Source: Guillardia theta CCMP2712 (Eukaryota > Protista > Cryptophyta). Taken from it: a stretch of DNA of 61,525 nt. A model generated the notes under the pieces. The model had not been told where the DNA came from. It did no database searches and saw nothing but the letters and a program-made list of their open reading frames with translations. Of the stretch, positions 25,101 through 38,400 are shown one piece after another (position 1 is the stretch's first letter; the number at the start of each line of letters is the position of its first letter). The DNA is taken from positions 429,820 through 491,344 of the forward strand of contig NW_005434654.1 in the NCBI RefSeq assembly GCF_000315625.1, given 5' to 3'. Both the position numbers and the translations under genes were made by a program.

Positions 25101-28002
25101 CAACGACGACGATGACGATGATGATGATGATGATGATGATGACGATGGTAATGATGGAAATGATGATGAATATGATTATGATTATGATGATGGAGATGAT
25201 GAAGATGATGGGGAGGAGGAGTTACAGCAGCAGCAGCATGATGATGATGGGGAGGAGGAGTTACAGCAGCAGCAGCAGCAGCGGGCACGGAGATCAAGGG
25301 TGGCAAGGAGGGGGAGATGGAGAGGAAGACGAATTGGAAAGTCGAGAATTGAAGGAGTTGAAACTCGCACGCACTTGATCCGGATCCCCTTGGCCCGATG
25401 ACCAGCCACCGCCTCTCGTCAAGGAGGGAGGGATTCCCGAGCAGATCCCTCTCATCCTCCTCCTCCTCGTCCTCCTCTCCAGCTTGCTCGCGCTCCCTCC
25501 CCCGCCTCTCTCGCTCACGATCGTGCGCGATCAGCTCTAACAGGTCGTCGTCAAACGTAGGAGGAGGTCGAATCATATCGAGAAGAAGGCGAGGAACTTG
25601 ATCGTCAAAGAAGTATAGAGGTTCATATCCCTCTTCCTGCTTCTGCTCCTCCTGCTCTTTCTCCTGCTCCTGCTGTTCCTCCTCACCCCCTCGGTCCTCC
25701 TTGTCCGCCTCCCCTAGCTCGCCCTCCCCCCGGCAGCTCCTCATGTATTCGCAGTAGTTCCCCAGACTCATCTTGATCGTGTACGGAGGGTCTCGAGCCC
25801 CGGGCACAAGAACAGCTGCAGGCAAGTCCGTGAGAGGAGGCACGACAGGAGCGAGGAGGAAGCAACGGGGCGAGTTCGAGGCGGAGGGAGGAAAGGAGGG
25901 ATGGATGGAGGGTGGAGGAGCAGGAGCAAGAAGGAGCAGGAGGAAGAGGGTTGGGAGGAGGCGGAAGGAGGCAGCAGGGAAACAGGAGGAGGAAGCACAG
26001 AACGACAAGAAGCAGCACAGCATCACCTGACTTCTTATTCCCGTAGATCTCCAGCAGACAAGCGAGCGTGAGCTCCGACTCTCCTCGTCCTCCCAGCATT
26101 GCCCGCTGACACCCTCGCAGCATCGCCGGCCTCCTCCCCCTGTCGTAGACCCTCTTGAAGTCCCCGACATCCACTTCTTCCATCCTCACGCTATCTATCT
26201 CCCGCAGCCACCTTGCGCCGCAGTTTCGCATGCGCCTCAGGATGCTGTTGACCCCGCTCCTCCCGCTCCCTCCGCTCCTCCTCCAACATCTGAGAGCCCC
26301 AAAATAGACGATGCTCGACGCATTCATACGTAAGCTCAACATTGACACGTACGTTCCCAGCCACGAGGATCTGAAGACAACACAAGGCTCCTCCTCCTCC
26401 CTTCGCAGCGACTGCAGCAACGCCTTTCGCCATAGTTGCTTTCTCGTCATGACGTCACGGAACAGCCTGCAGGTCTCGACCAGCATCGCCAGCATGGAAG
26501 CAGGGGCGGGAGCATCCGACTCCACGAGGGCCATCGCAAAGATTTTGACCAGCAATGTTGCACTGAGGGAGGATATAGAAGAGACGATCGTCTGGGAGAG
26601 AAGGACGGTTCATAGCGGCACAAACGATGGCTGATCACATACAGACACGACAACATCTCCAACACAAGTCTATCACTAGCAGGCAGCGGGAGGGGTTGCA
26701 GGGGCGTGACCACAGGCATCAGCGTGCAGTACTCAGCGAAAGGGACCACAGGGCTCCATAGTCCATACCTGTGCGATGTTGCTGCGGATGAGAAGGGACG
26801 TTGGGTTCGTGAGGTCCCGGCCGTTGTGTTGAAGGATTTCATCATCTCTTCCGATGACGCAGGTTTCCAACTTCGCAAGGGATCACAAACGATAAAGACA
26901 AGAGGGCAGGGGGATGAGGTGGGGAAAGAGGTAGGGAGGAGGAAAGGAGAGGAGGAAAGGAGAGGAGGGAGAGGGAGGGGCGGGGAGGGATGGAGGGAGG
27001 GAGGGAGAGTAGGGCAGAGCAGGGTAGAGTGGAGGAGGGGGGAGAGGAAACTTTACCTGCCAAACCATTTCCTCTTTGAACGCAAGCGCTCGGAGGAATC
27101 GCCCCGCTGTCCCTGCACGAGCGCCTCCTCTCGCTGCCGAGATCTTGGATCGCACAAGCTGGTTGACCAGAGCTTTCGGATGCTCTGCCCTCGGACCTCA
27201 GCCTCCTCTAACGGCAGCGCTCACAGCAAGGGCACCTGAGTAGAGTGCAGGGAGGAGGTCGTCTACCGGGATCGCACAATCGTGCATGCCCAGCGACAGC
27301 AGTCTCCTCACCCCCGTGGAAGAGAGGAGGTACGCATGAGCGCACGTGCTGAACCCGGCATGGCAGGTCCGCTCCGTGACCGAGGGCCCGTCGTAGCCAT
27401 GCAAGTTCCTGCCAAGGTACAAGAGATCCCACTGGACACACTGCCTCTTCAGCCGCTCCACCTCCTCCCCGACCACAGCCAGCACCTGCTGCAGGCTCAG
27501 CGCTACCCGAGCTGGATGGTTAGCTGACCTCTCTCCAGCGGAGGTGATGAAGCTCGCGATCCCTGACAAACGTCGGGAAGACGGTGACGTCATCCTCCAA
27601 GATAAGGAAGAGGCTCTCCCCACCCCCGGGCTCGCAAAGGACCTCGTCGGCTCGGCACCATGCCAGGTGGTGTGTGGCAAAGCATGCGAGCTCCTGGTCG
27701 CTGACCTCTCGAGCATGGTAGTCGATGAGGTCGATCACGTCAGGAGGATTTTGCCCCAGTGCGACCCATCGCTCCTGCAGCCCCTCGAGCTCCAGCGAGT
27801 TCATCCGCCATCCTCCTGCCTTCCTGAACCTGAAGCCATGATGGAGGAGAACTTGATCACGGCAGGCAGCTACGGAATCCCCCTCCACTGCATCGATGAA
27901 AACCATCTCTTTCCCCGCCTGCGCCCATGGTATCGTCTCCTCTAGCCATAAGCGCCGATCCCGCCGCCTCTTCAGGTTGAGCAAGAACGTGAGCAGACGC
28001 AT
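23940..28002 (-). CDS. Putative GT25 glycosyltransferase – F-box – JmjC (JMJD6-like) fusion protein
   Basis: GT25: LNLKRRRDRR, IDAVEG, ACFATHHLAW, LILEDDV, WDLLYLGRN, AHAYLLS..G.RRLL, IPVDDLLP. F-box-like: ISSLSATLLVKIF...TCRLFRDVMTRKQLWRK. JmjC: [69 protein letters not shown]. In-frame GT-AG junctions can be drawn (27528-27486, 27235-27185, 27056-26871, 26768-26592). Each domain is well supported; the fusion itself is inferred. Confidence 0.7.
25035..25210. repeat. (GAT)n microsatellite in an intron
   Basis: Directly visible. Confidence 0.9.
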
Positions 28003-28479
28003 GGCAGGATCATGGGATCAGCAAGCAACCTCTTTGTCCTACCCTCTCGTCCCTCTCCCTCCCGCCCCGCCCCGCCCGAGCATCGTTCCACGACACGGCG
28101 CAGTACAGGGACTAGGGCATTGAAGCCCGGCAGCCGGCACCGAGTGTGGCACGGAACAGGAGGAGGCCCGACTGATCACTGCACGGGCCAAAATAATAAT
28201 AGCGACGTGCACTTGTAGTTCAAAACTTCCTAATTATTTTGAATATTATCAAAGAATATTTTAAATATAGTACAGAAAATCAAAATCGATACCCCAAAGT
28301 TTAAATAATTGGATTTTATGATTACCGGACACGAAAAGTCTTGTTTTGGGGACTCGTTATCCTGCAAGATTGTACCAGAGCAGGTCCGGGTGTGTAAAAG
28401 ACATTTGTACGAGCTCGTTTACAACAATTTTTGTCTAAAAAACAATTCGGAGAGTACAGGTGGGGTTGCAGTGTCGATG

Positions 28480-29760
28480 ATAGTCACAGACGGGGGTCCC
28501 TGAAAGGGCTGGCTGGCTCTGAAGGGGGTGGTATCGTCATTTTTGGGTTGGTATGGGTGGTGGGGTCATGAACGTACCCCTTATGGAGTAAACATGTTGA
28601 TGGGATAAAGGGGGTGACAAGGATCTGCATGCTGACTTAGGGCAGGGTAGCAGGACCTCCAACAGCCTGGGGTACCAGAGGGTACGATGAAGTGATGTGG
28701 GTGGGTACTACCAGGGGAAGGAGGGGGTGAAAGAGTAATTAAAAGGCCACCGAGTTAAATACAATTTTATTTATACAATGTTATAATAGAGTCCGGTTTC
28801 AAACCATGCGACTACTGCTACTGCTGGCAAATGTTATATGGAGTAGTAGGGGGTGGAAGCAGTGATAAGGGGTGGTACACGGGAAAAGAAAGGGTAGAGG
28901 GTACCTTAGGTACCCGTACCGAAGGAGTACATTCTGATTTTCTTTTTTTCCATTTTCCTTATTTTATTTTTTGTCGGAGCGAGGGGTGGGTGGGTGGGTA
29001 GCCAGGACGGTAACGAACTTTGGGGGTGGTGTGGCGTGCACCCTGTGTTGATTGGGGTACCCTGGTAGATGACTTTCGGCATGGGTGGGTGCTTTGAGTC
29101 GGATAGGGTGTCTTTGGAGACAGGGTACCGGAAATAAGATTAATTTTGTACTATAAGGGAGCTTCGATTTTATAAGAAAGTCAATATACAAAATTGCTCA
29201 AGTACGAAAGATCAAGAGAGCCGGGACGAGTTTGACACATCAGCAGGGGTACCTTATATTTTATTCGGACAGGGGTACGGTGGTGGAGATGCGTTCGGTG
29301 AAGTCTTCCAAGGGGGTGAGGAACCCTGTGGGGGTAGGGTGGTTATTAAGATCTGGTTAGAGAGGGGGTAGCGTTATAGGGCAACCAATGTACGGGTGGG
29401 TAGGGGGGGGGTAGTTAATTTGTTATTATCAGGGTGGTCAGGGTGGGGGTGATGATCCACGAGGGGGGTGATTAGCTTAAAAAAATGGGGTGGTGCGGGG
29501 GACCCCAACATGTTAGCGTGAATGTTTGGAGGGGTGGAACAGGTGGGTGAGCTTGCACCATGGGGGGTGGAGCCAACATATCACTGCCAGTATGTTCCGA
29601 GACCCTGACAGGTATCTTTCTTTCATATGTAAGACACTATATAAATTATAGATAGTGCTGCTCTACTCCTTGACTTCACTGATGGGTCGATCGGAAGTTG
29701 TATGGGGGTCCGGAGATGGGGGTCAATCACCCCACCCCCTTGTGTAGTAGTGGGGTGGGC
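28480..29760. promoter_or_regulatory. GGGGTA/GGGTGG-rich divergent-promoter block (class II)
   Basis: Numerous GGGGTAG, GGGTAC and GGGTGGGT words; no credible ORF; lies between divergently oriented genes. Confidence 0.4.
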
Positions 29761-30409
29761 AGTCAGGCTCCTGGCCATGTTGAATGCGGTCTGAGGGTAG
29801 TTTGAGCAGAGTGGAGAGAGGGAGCGAGGAGCAGCGAGGAGCATGCAGGAGGGTTGAAAGAGCCGTTTGTGATGATGACAATGAGGAGCGACGAGAAGTG
29901 CGGCGATGTGTTTCATGGGTGCCGTAGAGAGGGCGGCCGACATGAGCGAGATATACAGTGAAGCCATGAGTGAGATTTCGAGTTAAAGTGCCCGTGCTCG
30001 AAGTTTCATTTCAGAATGTGCTGCAGTAGTGTGTGCGATGCTATTTTCCCTGCTTGTGTTGCTATGCTGGTTTGCGAGCGTGCTCCAATTCAGCCATGGC
30101 GGGCGATATGTAGATGTTGTCACCTGAATGTTACAAGGAGAGCCAAAACTGCATGCAGATGAGATATTGCTTTCCATCTTGCTGTGCTCCTTGTTCATGC
30201 TACTATGCTGGGCGATGCTGCTTACCTTTCAAACGCTCCGAATCGAACCACGTCCCTTTATGAGTTTGCATTGCCAGCTGATCGCTGACTGGTCTTATGT
30301 GATGGGCAGATGTATTGAATGCCATGCGAGAGCAGCACCGTCTAGAGGACGAAAGGATAGGGCGCGCTTAAATTTCGAGTTGGGATTGATGTGGGGCGAG
30401 GAAGCAGGA

Positions 30410-33400
30410 ATGTCAGCATGGCAGGGGAACGATGTGTACTCGATGGGCGACCTTGGTCAACGTTATCCTGTCAACAGCGCATACATGGGACAAGGGCAAA
30501 ACATGAACGATCCGGGATGGTAATGCTTCTCTGTTGATGTGTTTGATTTGCAGCAAGATATTCAAAGTGAGCAGACTGACTGATTTCTCCCTCTAGGTCG
30601 GGAGAACAGAGAGGTCCGGCTGCACAACAGGATGCGTACTATCAAGCCAACCCCCAGATGGTTCAGCACGGGATGCCATTCGATGGCCAGTCGGGGTGAG
30701 TGTCTCTACATCTCCTCTGCGCTTGCTAGGGTCTGATTGGACTTTACAGCAGCTTTCCTCGTGGCAGGTCGCAGCCTATCAACGTGCCGAATGCCCGAAA
30801 CAATCAGCATCAGTACAACCATGGCGCCCCGCCGTCTGGCGGAACTGTGTTGGGAATGATTCAAGAACAGGCAACACAGAATGTCCCGATGATCCGTTTG
30901 TGAAATCTTTTTAATGACAGAATTCGAGTGCGCCGTCCAGCCAACAACACTTGCTTGACGGTGGATCAGGGCGAAGGTTGAAAAGAGTAAATCCTTTCGT
31001 TTCAATGACTCGCCCTCAGGTCCGGAGATGCTAGCTTTCATGTGGAGTCGACACGTGAACAACAAAACAGCTATGACTCAACCTCGTATATGGGCAACAA
31101 CAGCCTCATTCAGGTACGAGATCGCAATCGCTGATATGGTGCCCTGACCTTTTGTTGTGAACAGCTGAGCGCCAGTCCAAGCTCTCAGGTTAAATCCCTC
31201 TAAGGTGAGTACAGCTTCTGGGTAAACGGCTTCATAGGTGCAAAGAGATAGCAGCAAGCCTGATCCGGACGCATCGCTGCGCCAGGAAGAGGTTCAGACG
31301 CTCGGCCATGTATGAGATCGTTGACTGACTTGATGCAGGTCGAGATCAAGTCTGGGTGGCTTTTCAAGAAGGCTGAGAGCAGCTGGTCGCCTTTCAGTGA
31401 TTCTTCTGATGGAACACTGAGATGTCTCTTTCAGGGGATGGCGCAAGAGATGGTTTGTGTTGTACAAGTCACGGTTGGCATATTTCAGCAGTCCAGAGGC
31501 AAGAGGAGTAGTCAAGACCATTGCTCTCAACGATCCTCGGGTCTGCTCATTTGTCGATGGTAAATATGCACCTATCTAATCGACCTCATGCAGGTCGAAG
31601 CGGTCGTAGAGGCGTTACCCAACGAGCTTGAATTTCGTATCAATAGCTACGGGCGATCGTTTCATCTCAAAGCTGTGTCGGATGGAGAGCGAGCTCAATG
31701 GATTTTTGCGCTGCAGCTCGTGATAAAGGATGGAATGATCGCGCACGAAAAATATTCCGAGCTTGCAAGAAGGCAGCAAGCTCGCAAAAGGGAACAGGAT
31801 GGTCCTCAGGGATACGCAGCTAATCTGATGGGAGGAGGGTCCCGTCAGCATCAACAGCAGATCAATCAGCAAGCCAGGGGAATGTTCAGCGCAACTCAAT
31901 TGAAAAGGAAGCTGGCGGAAGCTTTGCCTTGGGACGCGTCGAGGGGAGCGCCGACGCCAGCGCTGTCTCTATCAAATCCGGGTTCGCGAGACAACTCGTT
32001 GCATGGGAGCAGAGATGGTTCGCTCCGAGGGGGTCAGCAGTGTCGGTCGTTGGATGTTTCGCAGCACAACCATGATGACAGTTACCATGGGGGAGCTCTG
32101 AAGCAAGATGCATTATCCCATGGGTCCCGCTCCCGTGACGGATCTCTGCACGGGGGGCTGGAGAGTTGGGATCCTGATGATTCGGGGAAACGCGTGAGGA
32201 AGGATAGTGACGCGCTGACCAAGACCTTGAGTGTGGCTGGGCAGCAGGCGGTGGAGTTGACAATGCGATATTTGGCACATATGCTGCTGCGAGGACGAGG
32301 GCCGTTCCAAGTCCACGAGGTGGTCTGGGTGATCCACAAGGCGTGCAAGGGCCTGCTGGACAGGAACGCGACGATGCCTCAGCTCACGAGTCAGTTCCTG
32401 ACGTCAGTTGTCCTGCGTGGGCTCCTGGTGAAGCAGCAGATGGGTCCGGACGGCACTCAGTGGCCAGGTCTGCCTGGGATCGTTCTTGTTGATGTTGGAT
32501 GACCTTTGAGCCTGCAGAGGTGCACGTGAACACGGAGTCTGTCGAGTTTCACAAGTTCAGCCAGCACCTTACCCACCTCATCGTTGTGAGCCGACGCGCC
32601 TGTTCTGCTCTTCTTGCTTACTTGGCGCTAGGGATCACTGGAGAGCAATATCGAGGTGGCGCCCGAGGCCCTTGTCCTTCCGCCCATCTTGTGAGTCGAC
32701 AAGCCCCTCCTCACCCTTGTAGCCTCTACTGTATCTGATAGCAGCATGCAGGCTTCCGCTGTTGCTCTTGATAGAAGTGATGCACCAGAATGAATGGCCG
32801 GTGAGTGTTCGTGCTCTAGCACGTGTACACGAACTGATGCTTCACTAGGCTCCGCTCTCTCCTCAGGATTACCAAGATGAGCTTATCTCTGCTGTCTCGG
32901 CATTGTCATGTACATTCACCTTGTCCTCGTGTCGATGGTTGATAGAATGCTGCTACAGCTGGGAATGAGCTGGTGGGTCCAGCGCCATCGAGTGCGTTCG
33001 TTATGAGGGGAGGTGGGGAGAGCACGCCGACAACGCCACAGTCGCCCAAGTCAAGCGTGAGTGCCAGTATGCCATCTCTGTCTTCCCCTCACCTACTTTC
33101 CAGCACACGCCAACGACTCCCATGTCGCCCATGGAGCCGAGGTCACCGGGAGGCTTCGGGGAGAGAAGCGTTACTCCCAACATGCTGCAAACCTCCCGCT
33201 CCTTCCAGGACCTCATTGAAGGCATGAATCAGCTCCCCTACAACAGCCAAGGTGAGTCTCGGCCGGCTCCGTTGGCGCCTCACGAGAAACGATTTCCAGG
33301 CAAGAGCTCTTCGCTGCTGGTGGACGATATCAAGAAAGAGTTCGATGGCGGAGACGTCGATGCTGTCAGCCAGCCCGAAGACCTGACAGGCATACTGGGA

Positions 33401-33466
33401 AGCAGCGAGGATATCTGGGACGTTCTGGTGGACCCTGACACTGTAAACGAGAACTTAGGACATTGA
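30410..33466 (+). CDS. PH-domain protein, multi-exon
   Basis: IKSGWLFKKAE|GWRKRWFVLYKSRLAYF...FRINSYGRSFHLKAVSDGERAQWIFALQ (PH consensus); Q/G/M-rich N-terminus; S/P-rich C-terminus. Confidence 0.8.
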
Positions 33467-33664
33467 TTCTAATAAAATTTTCGCTGAATTATCGAAGTGA
33501 CCGAGGAAATATGTAGGTACGAGATTTAATGAGAAACTCATACCAAGCTAGCTGTGATTTCATAAGTTATAAAAGCAGCGGGACTGCCAAGCCTAAAGGA
33601 TAACAGATTCAACAAAGTTACTGAGCACGTTGCCGCGTCAAGGGCTTCAAGGTGACTGCTTCAT

Positions 33665-34760
33665 TCATGCCTTGTCCTCATCCTTCTTCTCGCCGATGGG
33701 CAAGTACTGGGAGGAGAACTGGTTCCAGTAGCTGCTGATGTCGGTGATGATCTGGCCAACAAAGGTGGACAAACCAACGACGGAGGCGATGGACATGACG
33801 ATAACCATGATGTGGAAGACGGTCAGGAGCATTCCGTGGTTGCTGGCATAGAAGTCGTCGCACTTCTCCGACATTCCGGCCCAGAGAATGATACCAAGGA
33901 CGGCGAAGGTGGTCATCGCCAAGGGGCTGGGGAGGGAGAGAGCGGAGTCTGGAATCTGAACGTTGATGAGGTTGAGGACCCACTGAACGACGAAGATGAT
34001 GAAGCCCAAGAAGGTGATGATGCTGATCACGAGCAGGGCATAGAGCCAGATCCAGGACTCCGAGGCACAGGGGCAGCTCATGGCGTCGGCATCCACAGCC
34101 AAGGCCACGACGCTGACCACGAAGTAGGCAACGAAGAGGAGGAGGAAGACAACCTACGGAAGGGTTACCGAACCTCAGGGCTGCATCAGTTTTACCTGTC
34201 CACCAGCAAAGTAGGGAGCAACAGCCTCTCCAGCATCCTTGTTGCTGCGCAAGTGTCAGCAATTACAATAGTTGACCCATCAGCTCCTCACATCTTGGTG
34301 ATCATCTCAGCGATCTGTCCAAGCTTGAATGGAGACATGTTCTCCACAAATGAGAGGTACTTCACGACCAAGCTCATGGTCTTGTTGACGTCAGTCAAAT
34401 CTTCCATCTGGGGGAACAGCGTTACGAACCGTGCAAAATGCTTGTGTGGCCGAACATCAACATTCGAGTTTCGTTCCAAATGACAACCCACAACATTGGT
34501 TCATTTGAAGACACCATTATGACATTCTTGGTGTATGAAGCTCCACAGTATTCACACGATCAGTCCGAATTGATCAAAGGCCATGTACATGGAGCCATCT
34601 ATTTCCAGGGCAACACTGTCTCGCATGACAGCAAAGACAAGACCAAGGTATCGGAGAGTCAAGCGAGGGAGAAGAACGAAGCTAGGCGAGCAGAGGTGCA
34701 TCACGGTATCAGCCGGCATGTCCTTACCTTGAAGTCGTCCTTCTGCTCCTCGGCTGCCAT
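33665..34760 (-). CDS. Hypothetical ~4-TM membrane protein
   Basis: Spliced ...EMITKI|NKDAGEAVAPYFAGGQ|VVFLLLFVAYFVVSVVALAV...WIWLYALLVISIITFLGFIIF...FAVLGIILW...VFHIMVIVMSIASVVG; first exon MAAAEEQKDDFK is tentative. Confidence 0.7.
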
Positions 34761-34814
34761 GGCTGCGGCGCTTGGGGCTGGATGTCTCTTCGCGACCTAA
34801 AAAAAAAAACATTT

Positions 34815-35240
34815 TTACTCAAACCCCACCCCAGGTTAACATCTTTGATCCGCATTTGTACACCCGTACATCTTACTTTGACTACCCCCTACCTGTAGCA
34901 GGGATAAACCACCCCCTACCCCTTGTTTGGCCTCACCTCCTATTCAACTTTTACTCATCTCGGAACTGGTTTGTATTGCCTGCACCACCCCGATTCCTGA
35001 TAACCCCCACCCCTATTTCCTACTCTGAATACCCCCTACTTTCTATGGAATGCGGCAAGCATCAAAATACCCCACCCACCTTTCCTCCTTGTTTCTTCAG
35101 CCTCACCCACCCCTCCCAGATCTACCTGATCCCTACCCCCCTATCCTCGACTGTTCACCCTACCCTGTCTCAGATCACCCCACTATTTCCCCTTCAAATA
35201 ACCCCCATAGATACAGGTACCCTCATCCCCACACTGATCT
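34815..35240. promoter_or_regulatory. TACCCC-rich divergent-promoter block (class II), followed by the 18-mer at 35278-35295
   Basis: Dense TACCCC/CACCCC words between divergent genes. Confidence 0.4.
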
Positions 35241-35410
35241 CGAGGTCTCTGCCGGGTCGGACGGGCCGTGTTTCAAGTTTACTCAAAGTTAAGTTAAAAA
35301 TTCTAGTCAATTGGTTGTCTTGAGAAGTTTTCTGAAGAAACAGTTTTTGAGGCCCCGAATATAAAAATAAAGTTCCTGAAACCTACCATGGCCGTTAGAG
35401 AAGGCGAAAG

Positions 35411-38400
35411 ATGGAGGAAGCAAGCAGGGAGATGAGACGGAGAGGAGGACGAGGACGAGGACGAGGACGAGGAGGACGAGGAGGACGAGGAGGACGAGGA
35501 GGAGGATTACAAGATCCAAGGACGGGTGCATTAGTTTCAGAGCCAGGGGAAGGAGAAGGAGCAGAAGGGTGGGGGCTGATTCAGAAAGAGGGGCTGGATG
35601 GTGAGGCGTACACTACTATCAGGTACGTTCGAGGAGGAGAGGAGGAGAAGACGAGGACGAGGAGGAGAGCGTTGACTTGAGCATCAGGCACTTTGATTCA
35701 GGGCTGTGCGTCGAGCTGTGGCATGAGAGGTAAGTTCTGCATGCTGCCTTGCCCCCTTGTGTGAGAATGAGCTCGTAGCTACGGCTCGTACCACGTATAC
35801 CTGCCCAATGAGAGCAAGGACGTCCATGAGCCCGGTGAGCTGTCGGAGAGGAGGATCCTCTAGCTGATCTTCTCTTTCTCCCCCCAGCGGTATTCTGCTG
35901 CTTCTCAACAGGAATCCTTGCACCTGTCACCTGCCTGCGAGCCCCGGAGCTGCTCTATCACTTCCTTGGGGAAGCGGGTGCGCCATTTGGGGGAGCAAAG
36001 GGGGGTAGGAGGAGGCGGGTAGAAGATGCGATGGGAGGAACGGAGGAGAGAAGATTTTTGGAGGGGGGGCGGGGGGGGGGCGAGGAGGATGAGATGAAAG
36101 GGAGGGAGAGGGAGGGAGAGGGAGGAAGGGAAGGGAGAGGGAGGGAGGGGAGGGGAGGAGGGGAGAAGGGAATTTATATCTTCCTCAACTGACTAGCGGG
36201 TAGCAGATGAGGGAGAGGAGCAGGAGAATTGTGAGCTTGTGCGAGACCTTGACGTGACGAACAGCAGCGGGGATGTAACGTGGATGGTGCGGGTGGGAGG
36301 ACACAGCATGGCGATGGGGAGGACATGCTCCCGGGCAGTGATCATGATCAGGCATGCGCAGACCAATGCGGAGGTACTGCTGTGCGGAGGGAAGCTGTTT
36401 GCTCTGAGCCAAGAGAACGAGATCGCGCAGCTCGAGGTAAGTGGTTGCGTTAGACGTGAAGAGGGAAGAGAAGTGAGGAAGAGGAAAGGGGAGGAGGAGG
36501 AGGAAGAGGAAGGGAGGATGATGAAGGGGTGGAGGAAGAGGAAGGAGAGGAGGAGGAAGGGGTGGAGGAAGAGGAAGGAGAGGAAGAGGAAGGGGTGGAG
36601 CAGGAGAAGGGGAAGGAGAAGAGGAAAGGAAGGAAGGGAAAGTGGAAGGTGAGGGAAGGGAGTTGAAAGGTTCTGCACCTCAGGACGGCAGCCCACCTGC
36701 ACCGAGCTGGAGGTCAGAGTAGCAGTGGCATGCGGCAGTGCTGAACTTGATCGAACCCCCCGCAGGATCTTACCAGAGCTCGCTGAAGCCTCCCTGCCCC
36801 GTTACGACTGCTCTGAGGAGTTCTGGCGATCGAGCTGGACGAGCTCGGGGGGGAGCAGGAGGGGGAGGGGGAAGGAGAGGGCGCGAGGGGCTCATGGACG
36901 ATGGACAGGATGGTTCTCCAAGTGAGCACAGGAGGGGAGGAGGGAGGAGGCGGGCTGGAGGGCGGCAAGGGATGGGAAGGGGGGAGAGGGAGGGAAGCGC
37001 GGAGGAGGGAGGGGAATGTTTTATGTGCTTTCCTCCTCCTTCTCTCCATTTTTCTTCATCCTTTCCTTCCGTTCCTGTGCCTGCCTGCTGTGGCTGTGCT
37101 CCTGCTATTCCCGCCTCCTTCTGTTCCTTCCCTCTCCCCCTCGGGATGTTGATCTTGCCTCCTGCAGGTCGGGAGAGAAGGAGGGGTACGGGGAAGTTTT
37201 GTCTTCTCCTCACATCGCCCTCCACCCTCGCCCCCTCTCTCGCCTCCTCCATGGCGAGCTCTACGGGGAAACCGAGCTCGCTACTTCTGCTCTTGCAGTA
37301 GCCATACAGCGGGGGAGGAAGGTGGGACATGAGAAACAAGGAGGAGGAGGAGGAGGGGGGGGGGGATCTGCAGCAGAGCAAGAGATCGGCGGGAGGAGGG
37401 AGGAGGGAGGAGGGAGGGAGGAGATCGGCGGGAGGAGGGAGGAGGGAGGTGGTGGAGCAGCAGGAAAGCAGAGGATGGGGGAAGGGAGGAGGAACGGGTC
37501 AGAGACTGACAAGAAGCCAGCAGCAGGTGACTTGCCTCAAGCAGTGGGCGATGCGTTTAGCATCGGATGCTGCAGCGACATCGGAGGATCTCAATAGGTG
37601 GCGACCTGCTGCTGCTCCTCTCCCTCTTCCTGCTCCTCCTCGGGCTCCTCTGCCTTTCGTCCTCCTGCTTCTACTCTCTTGCCTCCTCCTGCTCCTCCTG
37701 TCTCTCCTCTCCTCTCCTCTCCTCTCCTCTCCTCCTCTCTCCTCCTCTCTCCTCCTCTCCTCTCTTCTCCTCTCCTCTCGTTTCTGCTCCTAGCTTGCCG
37801 TTCTGACGGTAAGCAGCGTTTTGCTCACGGCTGCGGAACAAGGATGGAGCGATCTCTTCGTTCAGGAGAGGGGGAAGGTGAGAATGAAGGAATGAAGGAG
37901 TGCGGGAGCAGGAGGGAGGAGGAGGGAGGAGAAGGGGAGGGAGGGGAGGAGGAAGGAGGAGGAAGGAGGAGGAGGGGAGGGAGAAAGGGGAACCAAGTCA
38001 GGAGGGAGGGAGGAGGGGAAGAGGAGGAGGGGAGGAGAGCTGTCGTCTCCCAGACGCGGTGGAGGTGGAGGTGCAACGAGAGGAGGATCGACTTCAACTG
38101 CCGGGACAGGAGCGGCAGGTCGCCGCTGATGCTCGCGAGCTTGCGCGGGAACCTAGAGATGGTGGAGCTGCTGCTGGGCCTGGGGGCTAAGGAAAGTGCA
38201 GCTGGGCGGCAGGTGGAGGGACTGAGGGTGGTTGGCAGGTAGAGGAGGTGGACCCGAGCTGGAGGAATGCGATATTTTTTGCTGTGGTTGGGATGGGCCG
38301 GCTGAAGGAGAGCGAAGGAGGAGGAGGAGGAGGAGGAGGAGGAGGAGGAGGGAGACACATGGAAGTCATCGAGCTGCTGCTCGAGTTTGGAGGAGACGCC

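Noticed and set aside
24153-25401. Long poly-D/E/S/L ORFs
   Set aside because: Translations of (GAT)n and (CCT/GAG)n intronic microsatellites antisense to the JmjC gene
29600-30400. Short ORFs upstream of the PH gene
   Set aside because: No domain similarity or consistent exon structure; probably UTR or intergenic
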